Below are positions 37,701 to 47,949 of a stretch of DNA of 64,000 bases, in pieces. The stretch comes from Bacillota bacterium. Its GTDB lineage: Bacteria; Bacillota; Sulfobacillia; Fermentithermobacillales; Fermentithermobacillaceae. The notes under the pieces were generated by a model. That model searched no databases. It was not told the origin of the DNA and worked only from the letters and a program-made list of their open reading frames with translations. Location of the stretch: positions 158,101 through 222,100 of the forward strand of contig JAPXLN010000001.1 of NCBI GenBank assembly GCA_033809515.1, read 5' to 3'. Both the position numbers and the translations under genes were made by a program. How positions within the stretch are numbered: position 1 is the first letter of the stretch; every line of letters starts with the position of its first letter.

Positions 37701-39593
37701 TCAGCTCTCGTGAGCAGGCGCTATCCTGGGCACCGGCTGCCTCAGGCCTCTTGCATCCTTTGCTTCCTCTTCGCCCTCAGCTTCTTCGCTGCCGGTTCGG
37801 AGAGGGTCACCCGAGAACTGCTTCTGGTACAGTGTGGCATAAAGACCGCCTTTTGCAATAAGCTCGTCGTGACTGCCTGATTCTTTGATTTCGCCCTGGT
37901 CTATCACATAGATCCTGTCGGCATTGCGAATAGTTGACAGCCTGTGGGCAATCACTACGGATGTACGTCCCTCGAACAGCTCCTTGAGGGCATTTTGGAT
38001 AAGAAGCTCGGTGTAAGCATCAACCGAAGAGGTAGCTTCGTCCAGTATGAGTATTCTGGGATCCGAGATCAAGGCCCTGGCAAAGGCCAGCAGCTGTCGC
38101 TGCCCTACCGAAAGACGGGAACCCCTTTCCCGTACTTCAGTGTCATACCCCTGCGGCAGTCTTTCGATGAACTCGTGAGCTCCAACAATCCTGGCAGCCT
38201 GTTCAACTTCCTCATCAGTGGCGTCAAGGCGACCGTATCTAATGTTGTCTCTGATTGTACCCGAGAAGATAAATGTGTCCTGGAGCACAATGCCGAGGTT
38301 CTCACGCAGCGACTCGAGAGTCACGTCACAGATATCCTTGTCATCAACAAGGATCCTGCCCTCTTGGGGATCGTAGAACCGGCTAAGCAAGTTGATAATT
38401 GAGCTCTTTCCTGCGCCTGTAGGACCTACAAGGGCGATAGTCTCGTCGGGCTTCGCTTCCAGTGTAATACTGTGGAGCACAGGCTGGTTCGGGTTGTAAC
38501 CAAATGTAACGTTCTCAAACCGGACATGTCCTTCAATGTACTCCAGAACTTCGGATCCTTCTTTGTTGGCTACGTTTGGAACCGTATCCAGGACTTCAAA
38601 TACTCGTTCCGCAGATACGCTGGCCTGAAGCAGTTGGTTATAGACTTGAGACAGGTTTCTGATAGGCCAGAAGAACCTGTTCACATAGTTCAGGTACGCC
38701 ATAAGGGTTCCCACGGTAACAGTGGTGTCTCCCCATGACATGCGAAGGCCACCGTAGTACACCACCAGAGCGGAGCCAATTGCCCCAATCACGTCAATCA
38801 ACGGGAAGAACACAGCATTGAGCCGGGCGGCCTGCAAGTTTGCTTCAAAGTTCTGTATGTTAGTCTCGTTAAACTTGCCGGCGTTTACGTCCTCCCTGGA
38901 AAACGCCTGTGTAATCTTCATCCCTGAAATGGTCTCCTGAAGGTTGGCGGCCACATCAGCTGAACGCCGTCTGACGTTGTGGTAGGCCCTGATCATCCGC
39001 GTCTGCATAGCCCATACCACGATAAAAAGGACAGGAACGGTGATGAAAGTAACAAGGGCCAACTTAACGTTCATCCTCAACATGACAACAACAATGCCCG
39101 CCAGAGTGACAATGTCACTCAAGATATTCAACACGCCCGACGATATCATGTTGTTTATCGATTCCACATCCCCGGTCACCCGGGACATTATCCGTCCTGC
39201 TTGAAGCTTGTCGTAGAAGTCCAACCCCAGATCCTGAAGATGCCCAAAAACTCTCTTCCTGATGCTATACAGCATCTGCTGTCCTGTCCACGACATTACA
39301 TACGTCTGTGCGAACCTGCATACGGCTATAAGAATCTGCAGCCCCATATACATGGCAACTGTAACGTACAGGCCTTTGACATCGACTGCCGGTATATTCA
39401 CGTCCACTGCTCGCCTCATCAAGAGCGGACCTTGCAGCCCAAGAAGGGACAGGGCTATCACCAGCACAATGGCAAACGCCATTTGAGGAAGGAAAGGTAC
39501 CACGAATTCCTTGAGTCTGGGCATGTGCTTAAAGTCTACTGATTTCCCTTCTATGTCGTCTAGGTCAATGCCTCTGAAACGATGACCCATCAA
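37701..39593 (-). CDS. ABC transporter permease/ATP-binding protein (exporter type, fused TMD-NBD).
   Basis: Walker A GPTGAGKS, LSVGQRQ signature and Walker B. Acidic C-terminal tail. Confidence 0.85.
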   Translation of the reverse strand: MMGHRFRGIDLDDIEGKSVDFKHMPRLKEFVVPFLPQMAFAIVLVIALSLLGLQGPLLMRRAVDVNIPAVDVKGLYVTVAMYMGLQILIAVCRFAQTYVMSWTGQQMLYSIRKRVFGHLQDLGLDFYDKLQAGRIMSRVTGDVESINNMISSGVLNILSDIVTLAGIVVVMLRMNVKLALVTFITVPVLFIVVWAMQTRMIRAYHNVRRRSADVAANLQETISGMKITQAFSREDVNAGKFNETNIQNFEANLQAARLNAVFFPLIDVIGAIGSALVVYYGGLRMSWGDTTVTVGTLMAYLNYVNRFFWPIRNLSQVYNQLLQASVSAERVFEVLDTVPNVANKEGSEVLEYIEGHVRFENVTFGYNPNQPVLHSITLEAKPDETIALVGPTGAGKSSIINLLSRFYDPQEGRILVDDKDICDVTLESLRENLGIVLQDTFIFSGTIRDNIRYGRLDATDEEVEQAARIVGAHEFIERLPQGYDTEVRERGSRLSVGQRQLLAFARALISDPRILILDEATSSVDAYTELLIQNALKELFEGRTSVVIAHRLSTIRNADRIYVIDQGEIKESGSHDELIAKGGLYATLYQKQFSGDPLRTGSEEAEGEEEAKDARGLRQPVPRIAPAHES

Positions 39594-41365
39594 ATATCAC
39601 CGCCTTCGGCCAGAGCAACTTGCTGGTTAAACTCTTCTGCCTCCTGGCTCCTGAACTGAAGATTGTAAATAGCTGTGTAGATGCCGTCCCTGGCCAGCAG
39701 GGTCTCGTGGGTTCCCACTTCGGCAATTCTCCCCTTGTCAAGGACAATGATCCTGTCTGCATTCCGTATTGTAGACAGCCTCTGCGCAATGATGAAGGAA
39801 GTCCGGTTTTGCAGGAGCTTCCCAAAAGCTTCCTGAATCTTCATCTCCGTATCCACGTCTACGCTAGACGTAGACTCATCCAAAAGAAGAATTCTGGCAT
39901 CCATAAGAAGCGCTCTGGCTATAGCTACCCTCTGCTTTTGCCCACCCGACAGGCCCACGCCTCGTTCACCGATTACTGTGTCGTAGCCTTTGGGCAGGCT
40001 GCCTATGAAATCATCAATATGGGCAGCCTTAGCGGCAGCCCTAACTTCCTCATCGGTGGCATGAGGCTTTCCATATGCAATGTTGTCACGCAATGACGAC
40101 GAAAACAGGAATGTCTCCTGAGTGACTATTCCGATTTGCCGTCTGAGGCTCTCAACGGTGACATCCCTGATATCCAGGCCATCTATAAGAATCCTGCCTT
40201 TATTTACATCATAGAAGCGAGGGATCAGGTTTATCAGGGTGCTCTTTCCGGAACCGGTTCCGCCGAGTACAGCGATAGTCTCACCCGGCTTAGCTGAAAG
40301 GTTGATGTCTTCAAGAACCATGTGGCTTCCGTCATATGAGAAGCTCACATCCTCGAAGACCACACCTCCTTCAATCTTGGGCATGAGCTTCGCATCGGGA
40401 GCATCAGTCACTTCAGCCTGAGTATCTAGGATCTCGAAGATCCTGTCGCCTGAAGCAATAGCTTGCTGGGCAGAACTGACCCACCATCCCATCATTCTGA
40501 TAGGTCGTATAAGCTGCAAGAGAAGCTGGTTGAAAGCAAACAGCGCTCCCACTGTCATAGCGCCTGCCATGACGTCATGGCCACCCCACAGCAATATGAT
40601 CGCAAGAGAACTCTCGGTAAGCAGCGACATGAAAGACTCATTTAAAGCTGAAAGCCGGCTGGTCCGCACTCTTCTTTCCAGAAGGTTCATGTTATCGGTC
40701 TCAAACTTCTGCATCTCGTGAGCCTTGCGGGAAAAAGCCTTGACCACCCTCTGGCCTGTAATGTTTTCCTGAAGGGTTACGGTTAGGATCGCAAGCTGCT
40801 CTTGGTTCTCTCTGAACAACGGACGTATCTTCTGTGAGTAGACCTGCACACGCCAGGCCAGGAAGGGCACAGGGATCATGGCAAGCAAAGTGAGTTTCAG
40901 GTTCTTGCTGGCCATGAGAGCAAAGGTGGCTACAAGCGTCACCAAGCTTGATATGATGTCGATCATGCCTCCCGTGATAAACCGCTGTGCGGTCTCAACG
41001 TCTGAGGTGACCCTTGACATGAGCTGGCCCGTCTGCGTCTCATCGTAGAAACTGTATGACAACTGCTGCAGATGCTGGTATATGCGATTCCGGATATCGT
41101 AAATAATGCTTTGACCTGCATAAGACATGCCATAGCGCTGCAGGTATCTCAGAAACGATGACAAGAGCGCCGTACCCACTATGGCAAGTGCTCCGTATAT
41201 GAGCAGGTCGAAACGCCTTGTCTCAAGGATCCCGTCAACAATCCATTCGGTTACCAGGGGTTGAACCAAGCCCAAACCTGCCGCACACAGGACCAACACA
41301 AACCTTGTGAGGAAGAGTTTCCAGTAGGGCAATGCGAACCCCATTAGCCTACGTAACGTTTGCAA
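39590..41365 (-). CDS. ABC transporter permease/ATP-binding protein. Partner half of a heterodimeric exporter.
   Basis: Walker A GGTGSGKST and LSGGQKQR signature. Overlaps its partner by 4 nt. Confidence 0.85.
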   Translation of the reverse strand: MQTLRRLMGFALPYWKLFLTRFVLVLCAAGLGLVQPLVTEWIVDGILETRRFDLLIYGALAIVGTALLSSFLRYLQRYGMSYAGQSIIYDIRNRIYQHLQQLSYSFYDETQTGQLMSRVTSDVETAQRFITGGMIDIISSLVTLVATFALMASKNLKLTLLAMIPVPFLAWRVQVYSQKIRPLFRENQEQLAILTVTLQENITGQRVVKAFSRKAHEMQKFETDNMNLLERRVRTSRLSALNESFMSLLTESSLAIILLWGGHDVMAGAMTVGALFAFNQLLLQLIRPIRMMGWWVSSAQQAIASGDRIFEILDTQAEVTDAPDAKLMPKIEGGVVFEDVSFSYDGSHMVLEDINLSAKPGETIAVLGGTGSGKSTLINLIPRFYDVNKGRILIDGLDIRDVTVESLRRQIGIVTQETFLFSSSLRDNIAYGKPHATDEEVRAAAKAAHIDDFIGSLPKGYDTVIGERGVGLSGGQKQRVAIARALLMDARILLLDESTSSVDVDTEMKIQEAFGKLLQNRTSFIIAQRLSTIRNADRIIVLDKGRIAEVGTHETLLARDGIYTAIYNLQFRSQEAEEFNQQVALAEGGDI

Positions 41366-41378
41366 AAAGCCGACCCTC

Positions 41379-41633
41379 CTACACTCTTTCTTTCTCCGGT
41401 TTTGCAGACTCTTCTACCATTTTGCCAAGCTGCTCTATGGTCTCCGAAAGAATCCGCGTAACCTGATCCGCCTTAATCACCACTAATCCGTTGTTGCGGT
41501 GATTCAGAAAGACCAACACCTTATCGCCGATCTCAAGCCCATACTCTTTTCGGGCTTCAGCGGGGATCACAATCTGACCTCTCTCGCCCAGAGTAGCAGC
41601 ACCGCAGAATCTGCCCCTGAGGATGTGCCCCAA
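41379..41633 (-). CDS. AbrB/MazE/SpoVT-type DNA-binding protein.
   Basis: SpoVT_AbrB swapped-hairpin region (GERGQIVIPAEARKEYGLEIGDKVLV). Start placed at the TTG with an AAAGGAGG RBS. The longest ORF's GTG at 41654 has no RBS. Confidence 0.65.
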   Translation of the reverse strand: MGHILRGRFCGAATLGERGQIVIPAEARKEYGLEIGDKVLVFLNHRNNGLVVIKADQVTRILSETIEQLGKMVEESAKPEKERV

Positions 41634-41846
41634 ATTATCGCCTCCTTTGGGCACGATGTAAATAACTCATGTAGATCATCCTAATCATGTATGTATGAGT
41701 TATTATACTTCGTCTACCGAATAGAATCGTAGCACATATTCCTTCGGGTTACAAGTATATCGCCACACGAAACTTTAACTTTCCTGACAGAAAATCCTGA
41801 GACCTCACGATCATATAGGAAAAGAAACACAGAAGGTTTCAGGTCC

Positions 41847-42623
41847 ATGTCCAAAGAAACTGATCTACCGGTGATTTCATCATTGATGTTATCGTTCATC
41901 ACATTAGGCAGCAACACAGAGACAGTTGAGTCACAGGTACGTCAAGCCAGAGACGGCCATAAGGCTGCCAGAGAGGCTTTGATAAGTGACTATACACCGT
42001 TCATACTGAAAACCGCGGCTTCGGCTGCCAGGAAGTATCTAGTGGTCGGGCGGGATGAAGAAGTGAGCGTTGCACTTATGGCGTTTAATGAAGCTATAGA
42101 CGCCTATACGAGCCCAAAACCTGGGTTCTTAGCTTTTGCAGCTACCGTAATCCGCCGGAGAATCGTAGACCATTTCAGACACAAAGCAAGGTGCCAGGAG
42201 ATACCGTTCTCATCGGTTCAAACCCAGGACGGGGATAGAACGTGGCTGCCGGACTATGCAGTCCCTGCAGCCCAGGACATAGATTGGCAGAGACTCCTTG
42301 ACCGGAGAGATGAGATCGAGAGATGGAACCATACCCTTCAGGACTATGGCCTTTCACTGAGGGACGTAGTGAGATCTACGCCAAAGCACGCCGATGCCAG
42401 GGCTCGGGCAATGAACATTGCATCTTTTGTCGCAAGGGATCCCTCATTGAAAGGGGTGTTCCTCAGCCAGCGGCGCTTACCGCTGGACAGTATCTTGTGC
42501 CGTATTCCCCAGGAACTCAAAGTGTCGCGCAAGACTCTGGAACGACAAAAGATTTACATTACAGCTATCGCTGTGGTCCTGGTCTACGATTTCCCTGCTA
42601 TCTGCGAATTTCTCGACGCGTAG
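41847..42623 (+). CDS. sigI: RNA polymerase sigma factor SigI.
   Basis: N-terminal region aligns by eye with B. subtilis SigI (..YTPFILKTAASAARKY.. / ALMAFNEAIDAY). Followed by an rsgI-like gene. Confidence 0.7.
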   Translation: MSKETDLPVISSLMLSFITLGSNTETVESQVRQARDGHKAAREALISDYTPFILKTAASAARKYLVVGRDEEVSVALMAFNEAIDAYTSPKPGFLAFAATVIRRRIVDHFRHKARCQEIPFSSVQTQDGDRTWLPDYAVPAAQDIDWQRLLDRRDEIERWNHTLQDYGLSLRDVVRSTPKHADARARAMNIASFVARDPSLKGVFLSQRRLPLDSILCRIPQELKVSRKTLERQKIYITAIAVVLVYDFPAICEFLDA

Positions 42624-42653
42624 CTTACAGAGAAGGAAAAGCGAGGGATTCCT

Positions 42654-43706
42654 ATGGACGAAACAAGAGGGCTGGTACTTAACCGCCGGGGTAGGCGCTT
42701 AACCGTGCTTACCCCTGCAGGGAGATTCATAACCATGAGATCACCCCGAAAGGATATTATGCCCGGCGAAGAGATAGCTCTGACGCCCCCCGGGGTTTCG
42801 TGGATTCTGGCCAACCGCCTGGGGCCTGCGCTGGCCCTGTCAGCGTTGTTGCTGATCGCCTCTATGTTCGGGTGGAATAGTTACCTATCGGCAAGACCTG
42901 CCCTGGCTTATGTTACCTTTGACTCTACCTCAAGCATAGAACTGGAGGTAAATGACAGAGGGCTGGTTACATCAGCCACCAGTTTTGACAAAGGTGGAGC
43001 ATCCCTGCTCTCGGGAATTGACTATCGTCTGAAACCTGCCGGACAGGTCATAGCTGCACTGGCCGGCGCCCAGAAAGACAGCGGTTCCGAACCTCCTGAA
43101 GGCGTGATCCTGGGTATTGTCCCTGCAATGGGAGAGTCATCATCGAAGACTCTTTCCAAGCTTGATAAGATCGAACGGAAAATCATTAAGGAACTGGAAA
43201 AACTAAGCTCCGCAAGAAACGATCCTTCGCCTGACGCCCCAGGAAAACCTATTCTCCCCATAACATCTCTCAGGCTCGATATGGAGACCCGCGAAGACGC
43301 AAAAAAACTGGGCATATCTGCAGGCAGGGCTGCCTCGTGGGCCCTTTCAAAGGAACAAGCAAGACAAGTCGGACAGGATACGAAGCCCGGAGACGCAACG
43401 CCTGGACATGCAAGCACTCAGCCCGGCAGCTCTCCCTCTAAGACACCGGGAAAAGACCGGGCAACTGACGACCCTCTGACGAAGATCAAGAAGAATGTTC
43501 CTTCGGTGAATCTGGATGAGTCTATCACCGAGAAAGACGTCAAGGAACAGGCGAAGATCATAAAGGACCGCACCAAGCAATGGGTTGACCAGGTCCTTAA
43601 GGAAATGTCCAAAGACCAGAAGAACCGAAAGGACTCCAAGACCAACAAGGACAACAAGGCAGGCAAGGATAACAAGAGCTCGAAGAACAGGAAGCACACT
43701 CCTTGA
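42654..43706 (+). CDS. rsgI: Anti-sigma-I factor RsgI-like protein with a lysine-rich low-complexity C-terminal tail.
   Basis: RsgI_N-like N-terminus (RRLTVLTPAGRFITM...GEEIAL), a single TM, then an extracytoplasmic region ending in a KD/KN-rich tail. Confidence 0.65.
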   Translation: MDETRGLVLNRRGRRLTVLTPAGRFITMRSPRKDIMPGEEIALTPPGVSWILANRLGPALALSALLLIASMFGWNSYLSARPALAYVTFDSTSSIELEVNDRGLVTSATSFDKGGASLLSGIDYRLKPAGQVIAALAGAQKDSGSEPPEGVILGIVPAMGESSSKTLSKLDKIERKIIKELEKLSSARNDPSPDAPGKPILPITSLRLDMETREDAKKLGISAGRAASWALSKEQARQVGQDTKPGDATPGHASTQPGSSPSKTPGKDRATDDPLTKIKKNVPSVNLDESITEKDVKEQAKIIKDRTKQWVDQVLKEMSKDQKNRKDSKTNKDNKAGKDNKSSKNRKHTP

Positions 43707-43765
43707 GTTTGCACGACCCTTCCCCATCCTTGTAGAATTAGGATGGTGCGCCTTACAAGAAGACA

Positions 43766-45904
43766 GTGGCGCCGGGAGGGAGTTTCTTCTTGCATGAAAG
43801 GATGAACGATCCCGTCAAGGATCCCGCTTTAGACGTGGATCCTGCAGGCTTGGATCTCTCAGATCAAGATGGCGGCCAGTTCCTTGCCTCAGCCTTTGCA
43901 GCCGGCGGTCTGGCCTCAAAAGTTATCCCCGACTTCGAGGAACGACAGGAACAGATCAACATGGCCCTTGCCGTTTGGGAAACCATAGGCTCAAGCGGGC
44001 GCCTCTTAGTTGAAGCAGGCACAGGAACCGGCAAGTCTCTCGCATACCTTCTCCCTTGTGCCATCTGGTCGCTCAAGGCCAGAAAACGCGCCGTCATTTC
44101 TACCTATACCGTCAACCTTCAGGAACAACTGGTAAGCAAGGATTTGCCTATTGTAAGACGACTTCTTGAAGAGGCAGGACTCAGTCTGGAGTACGACCTC
44201 CTGAAAGGGAGAAACCATTATCTTTGTATCAGGCGGTGGAACCAGGCCTATGGCGAGACTGCCAGAACAACTTCCCTGGTGGTGGCCAGTCATGAGGAGA
44301 AGATCATAGAATCTCTCTTCGACCTGATAGAAGGAGGAGACTGGACAGGCGAAAGGACCGCCCTCCCTGAGCCTGTGCCGGATCAGGTCTGGCAGACTGT
44401 GTCTTCTGACAGCGAAAGATGCATGTCGTCTAAATGCCCCTATAAAGACAGATGCTTTTACCAAAATCAGAGGAAGCGTCTGGAACAGTGTAATTTGATA
44501 GTTGTCAACCACTCACTCCTGGCCGCCCATTATCTGGTATCGCAAGAAACCGGAGGCCAGGTGCGTATTATTCCTCAGTTTGACTGTATCGTCGTAGATG
44601 AGTCCCATCATCTGGAAGACGTTACGCGAAAAAGCCTCGGGGCTGAAGTGAGTCTTTCGAGATTCAGACGCTTGGTTGACGACACTGTCAGAACCGCTTC
44701 GGGAGGAACCCTCGGGGCATCGCTGGAAAGCAAGGATAGAAAAAACCTGAGAAACAAGCTGGACGAGATCTCAGCCGACCTTAGCCGGATTTTGCTCGAC
44801 ATAAGCTCTATTATTCCACGGGGAAAAGACAAGGCCAGGCAAAGGAAACCGAACGCCATAGACTCAAGCCTTATCACACGCTTAAGGTCTCTGGCAAGGG
44901 AAATGAAAGACTGGATGGATCTAAACCTGTCTGACGAGGAACGCTTTGAGGTACAGGCTCTTCAAAGACGTCTGATTGCCCTGACTATGGATATAGAGAG
45001 TGTGAACAATCTTGAAGGTGACGGAGATTCCTTCGTCTACTGGGCTGAATCAGTGACAGGACCTCGAAAAGGTCCGGTGGTTCTGAAACGATCACCCCTG
45101 GAAGTAGGACCGTATCTTCAAGAAGTCGCCTGGATACCCCTGAATTCGGCCATTTTTACCTCAGCGACCCTTGCCACCGGAGGGAATTTCGATTATCTGA
45201 AGGAAATGCTTGGCCTAGAAGATGCCAGAGAGATGATCCTGGGATCTCCCTTTGACTATGAAAACCAGGCATGCCTGTGCCTTCCTTCAAGCGGACATGA
45301 CGGAGACGTCAACAGCAATGCGTTCACCGAATACGTTGCATCACAGGTACTGGATATTGTCGATCTGACCTATGGAAGGGCATTCATCCTGTTTACAAAC
45401 AAAAGATCCCTCCACACAGTCGCAGAGCTGATTCAGGACAAGATTGAGGAGAAAGGGTATCCAGTGCTGAAGCAGGGAGACGCGCCCCGAGAAATCCTGC
45501 TGGAAGAGTTCAGGTCTCAAGGCAAGGCAGTCCTGTTCGGCCTTGATTCGTTCTGGGAGGGCGTGGATGTTCCGGGCGATGCCCTTTCCTGCGTTGTCCT
45601 TGTGAAACTCCCCTTTCCCGTACCTGACGACCCGGTCATGGAGGCACGGGAGGAGATATGGAAATCCAAAGGCCTTTCGCCTTTTACCCACTACAGCCTC
45701 CCGGTCACCGCGCTCAAACTCAAGCAAGGATTCGGACGTCTGATCCGCACCCGAACAGACCGGGGAGCGGTTGTGCTGCTGGACCCCCGGGTGCTGAGTC
45801 GTTCCTACGGCAAGTTCATTCTGAAAAGCCTTCCACCTGCAAGAATCACCAGAGACTTAGATGACGTAGCCAGGGCTGTATCTAAACCCCGGTCCCTCCC
45901 ATAA
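43766..45904 (+). CDS. DinG/Rad3-family ATP-dependent DNA helicase.
   Basis: Walker A AGTGTGKSLAYLLP, DESH box (VVDESHHL) and Fe-S cysteines in the DEAD_2 region. 712 aa. Confidence 0.75.
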   Translation: MAPGGSFFLHERMNDPVKDPALDVDPAGLDLSDQDGGQFLASAFAAGGLASKVIPDFEERQEQINMALAVWETIGSSGRLLVEAGTGTGKSLAYLLPCAIWSLKARKRAVISTYTVNLQEQLVSKDLPIVRRLLEEAGLSLEYDLLKGRNHYLCIRRWNQAYGETARTTSLVVASHEEKIIESLFDLIEGGDWTGERTALPEPVPDQVWQTVSSDSERCMSSKCPYKDRCFYQNQRKRLEQCNLIVVNHSLLAAHYLVSQETGGQVRIIPQFDCIVVDESHHLEDVTRKSLGAEVSLSRFRRLVDDTVRTASGGTLGASLESKDRKNLRNKLDEISADLSRILLDISSIIPRGKDKARQRKPNAIDSSLITRLRSLAREMKDWMDLNLSDEERFEVQALQRRLIALTMDIESVNNLEGDGDSFVYWAESVTGPRKGPVVLKRSPLEVGPYLQEVAWIPLNSAIFTSATLATGGNFDYLKEMLGLEDAREMILGSPFDYENQACLCLPSSGHDGDVNSNAFTEYVASQVLDIVDLTYGRAFILFTNKRSLHTVAELIQDKIEEKGYPVLKQGDAPREILLEEFRSQGKAVLFGLDSFWEGVDVPGDALSCVVLVKLPFPVPDDPVMEAREEIWKSKGLSPFTHYSLPVTALKLKQGFGRLIRTRTDRGAVVLLDPRVLSRSYGKFILKSLPPARITRDLDDVARAVSKPRSLP

Positions 45905-46982
45905 TATGAATGAGGTCTTTTAGGGCAGACGCTGCAGCTCCCACCACGTCAGACGCTCCGCCGGAAACGACAATGTCTCCCATCTCTTGGCTGCGGAACC
46001 TGATGGCCTTGGCAGTTCCGGGAAGGAACCTGAACGAGTGATCTGAGGAAACTGGCTCAGGCCCTACCGAAAGGCTTACGGTTCTCGTGCAATCCTTTCC
46101 GGGCTTTCCCGGGACATCTGTACACAGACCCGCCCTGGCCCTGGCAATAAGCCTTACAGGAGTGCCGTTTGCAGCCTGACGAACCACTTCCGCCGCCTCG
46201 AGACCGGTGATTCCCTGCCTCGTGACACTGTCAAGTTTCTCTCCGGTCTTCCATATGGAATTGGCGATAATCAAGATCTTAGCAGCTGAGTCATACCCTT
46301 CAACATCAAGAACCGGGTTAGCTTCTGCAACGCCCATGGCCTGAGCTTCAACAAGCGCCTCCCGGTACGATCTCCCGCAGGCCATACGGTTCAGTATCAA
46401 GTTCGTGGTGCCGTTCAATACGGCCTCAATCTCAAGTATTCGTGTACCTGCCATGCAGTACAACGCAGTATCAACCGTAGGCAAAGCTGCTGCTACAGCA
46501 CCGCTGTATCTCAAGACAGGGCCTTTCTCCCGGGAAAGTTTCAAAAGCTCCTCCATGGCCACAACAAGGGGGCCCTTGGCCAGGGTTACGGCAGAAAACC
46601 CCAGATTCATAGCCTTAATGAGGTGGCTGAGCCCCGGTTCGCCCGTAAACAGATCTGTGGGGGTGGCCTCAACTACCACGCCGGGGTGAGACATTTCGCA
46701 AGCAACCCTGCTAAGAACCGGCTCATAAGGTGCATTTCCAAGAGCCTTGCTGTGATCCGCATAGCTTGTGGCACCGGTTTCCCGCCAGCGCACAACTTCC
46801 TCCCAGGAAAGCCCCTGCAAAGAGACGAGGGAGCCGGTCCTCCCTCGCACTGCCACAAGAACCGGCTCCTTCCCTGTCTTCTCTGCTATGTAGGCAGCTT
46901 TTTCGTACAATAGCCTTGCGAAACTCATGCCCACCTTACCGGGGCCGTTAAGAAGAACCGGGACCTTCTGCCTGGCACTCAT
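45882..46982 (-). CDS. Homoserine dehydrogenase-family NAD-binding protein.
   Basis: NGTTN motif (LNGTTNLILNRM) and N-terminal NAD-binding fold. Confidence 0.55.
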   Translation of the reverse strand: MSARQKVPVLLNGPGKVGMSFARLLYEKAAYIAEKTGKEPVLVAVRGRTGSLVSLQGLSWEEVVRWRETGATSYADHSKALGNAPYEPVLSRVACEMSHPGVVVEATPTDLFTGEPGLSHLIKAMNLGFSAVTLAKGPLVVAMEELLKLSREKGPVLRYSGAVAAALPTVDTALYCMAGTRILEIEAVLNGTTNLILNRMACGRSYREALVEAQAMGVAEANPVLDVEGYDSAAKILIIANSIWKTGEKLDSVTRQGITGLEAAEVVRQAANGTPVRLIARARAGLCTDVPGKPGKDCTRTVSLSVGPEPVSSDHSFRFLPGTAKAIRFRSQEMGDIVVSGGASDVVGAAASALKDLIHIMGGTGV

Positions 46983-47902
46983 CTGATCACCCGGAGGTTC
47001 AGCTCCAGAAGGGTCTGCCTTATCTCTTCTTTGGGACCATCCTCAAGAGGAAGCATGGGACGTCTGGGCTCTCCGCCGAAGTAGCCTATCATATCAAGGG
47101 CCGCCTTGAGTCCCGCCACTCCGTACCTGGCTGTGACAAGTGAGTTGAGCTTAAGGATGCTCTTTTGCACGGTGCGGGCTTCCTCAAACTTGCCATTATT
47201 GACCAATTCGTAGATTCTAACGCACAGATCAGGAACAACGTTGGCCGATGCCAGAGTTCCGCCCTTAGCCCCCATCACCAAAGCTGGCATAAGGAAACTG
47301 GCTGAGCCTGCGAAGACAGCAAAGTCCCGGGGAACATCCCTCAGGATTTCGGAAATCTGGACTATGTTGCCGCTTGAATCCTTAATCCCCCTGATATTGG
47401 GATGGGTGCATAACCTCTTCACCAGGGAAGGAGTCATGTTCAGCCCTGTATTTCCAGGCATGTTGTAAAGAAGCACAGGTATGGGCGATTTGTCGGCCAC
47501 GTCACTGTAGTACTGTTCCAGGGCAGGTTCTTTCATGCTGGCTTTGAAGTAATGAGGGGAGATTATAAGGGCTGCTTGCGCTCCGGCATCAGCAGCTTTC
47601 TTAGTGAGCCGGACAGTAGCTCTTGTGCTTTCACACCCTGTGCCCGCAATGACCATTTTGTCTTTCGGGAAATGCTTGCGCGCGAAAGCCCAGAGTTCTA
47701 CTTTCTCGTCCTCATCGACATACGGCTGTTCACCGTTTGAGCCCAGAACAACGATCCCCGAAAGACCGGTGCTTCCCCATCTGGCAAGGTTTTCTTCCAG
47801 TCTGCCATAAGCAATCTCCTCTTCTGCAAACGGGGTCGGAATAGGAGCAAAGATGCCTCTGAACATGCGGACCTCTCCTTTCATCGCCGGTTGTCTCACC
47901 AC
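46979..47902 (-). CDS. Dihydrodipicolinate synthase (DapA)-family lyase.
   Basis: DapA-family fold with the conserved GSNGE motif region. 307 aa. Confidence 0.7.
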   Translation of the reverse strand: MVRQPAMKGEVRMFRGIFAPIPTPFAEEEIAYGRLEENLARWGSTGLSGIVVLGSNGEQPYVDEDEKVELWAFARKHFPKDKMVIAGTGCESTRATVRLTKKAADAGAQAALIISPHYFKASMKEPALEQYYSDVADKSPIPVLLYNMPGNTGLNMTPSLVKRLCTHPNIRGIKDSSGNIVQISEILRDVPRDFAVFAGSASFLMPALVMGAKGGTLASANVVPDLCVRIYELVNNGKFEEARTVQKSILKLNSLVTARYGVAGLKAALDMIGYFGGEPRRPMLPLEDGPKEEIRQTLLELNLRVIR

Positions 47903-47949
47903 GGTTACCTCTCCACGATTACCCCCACTGTTGCCTCTGCACGGTTACC

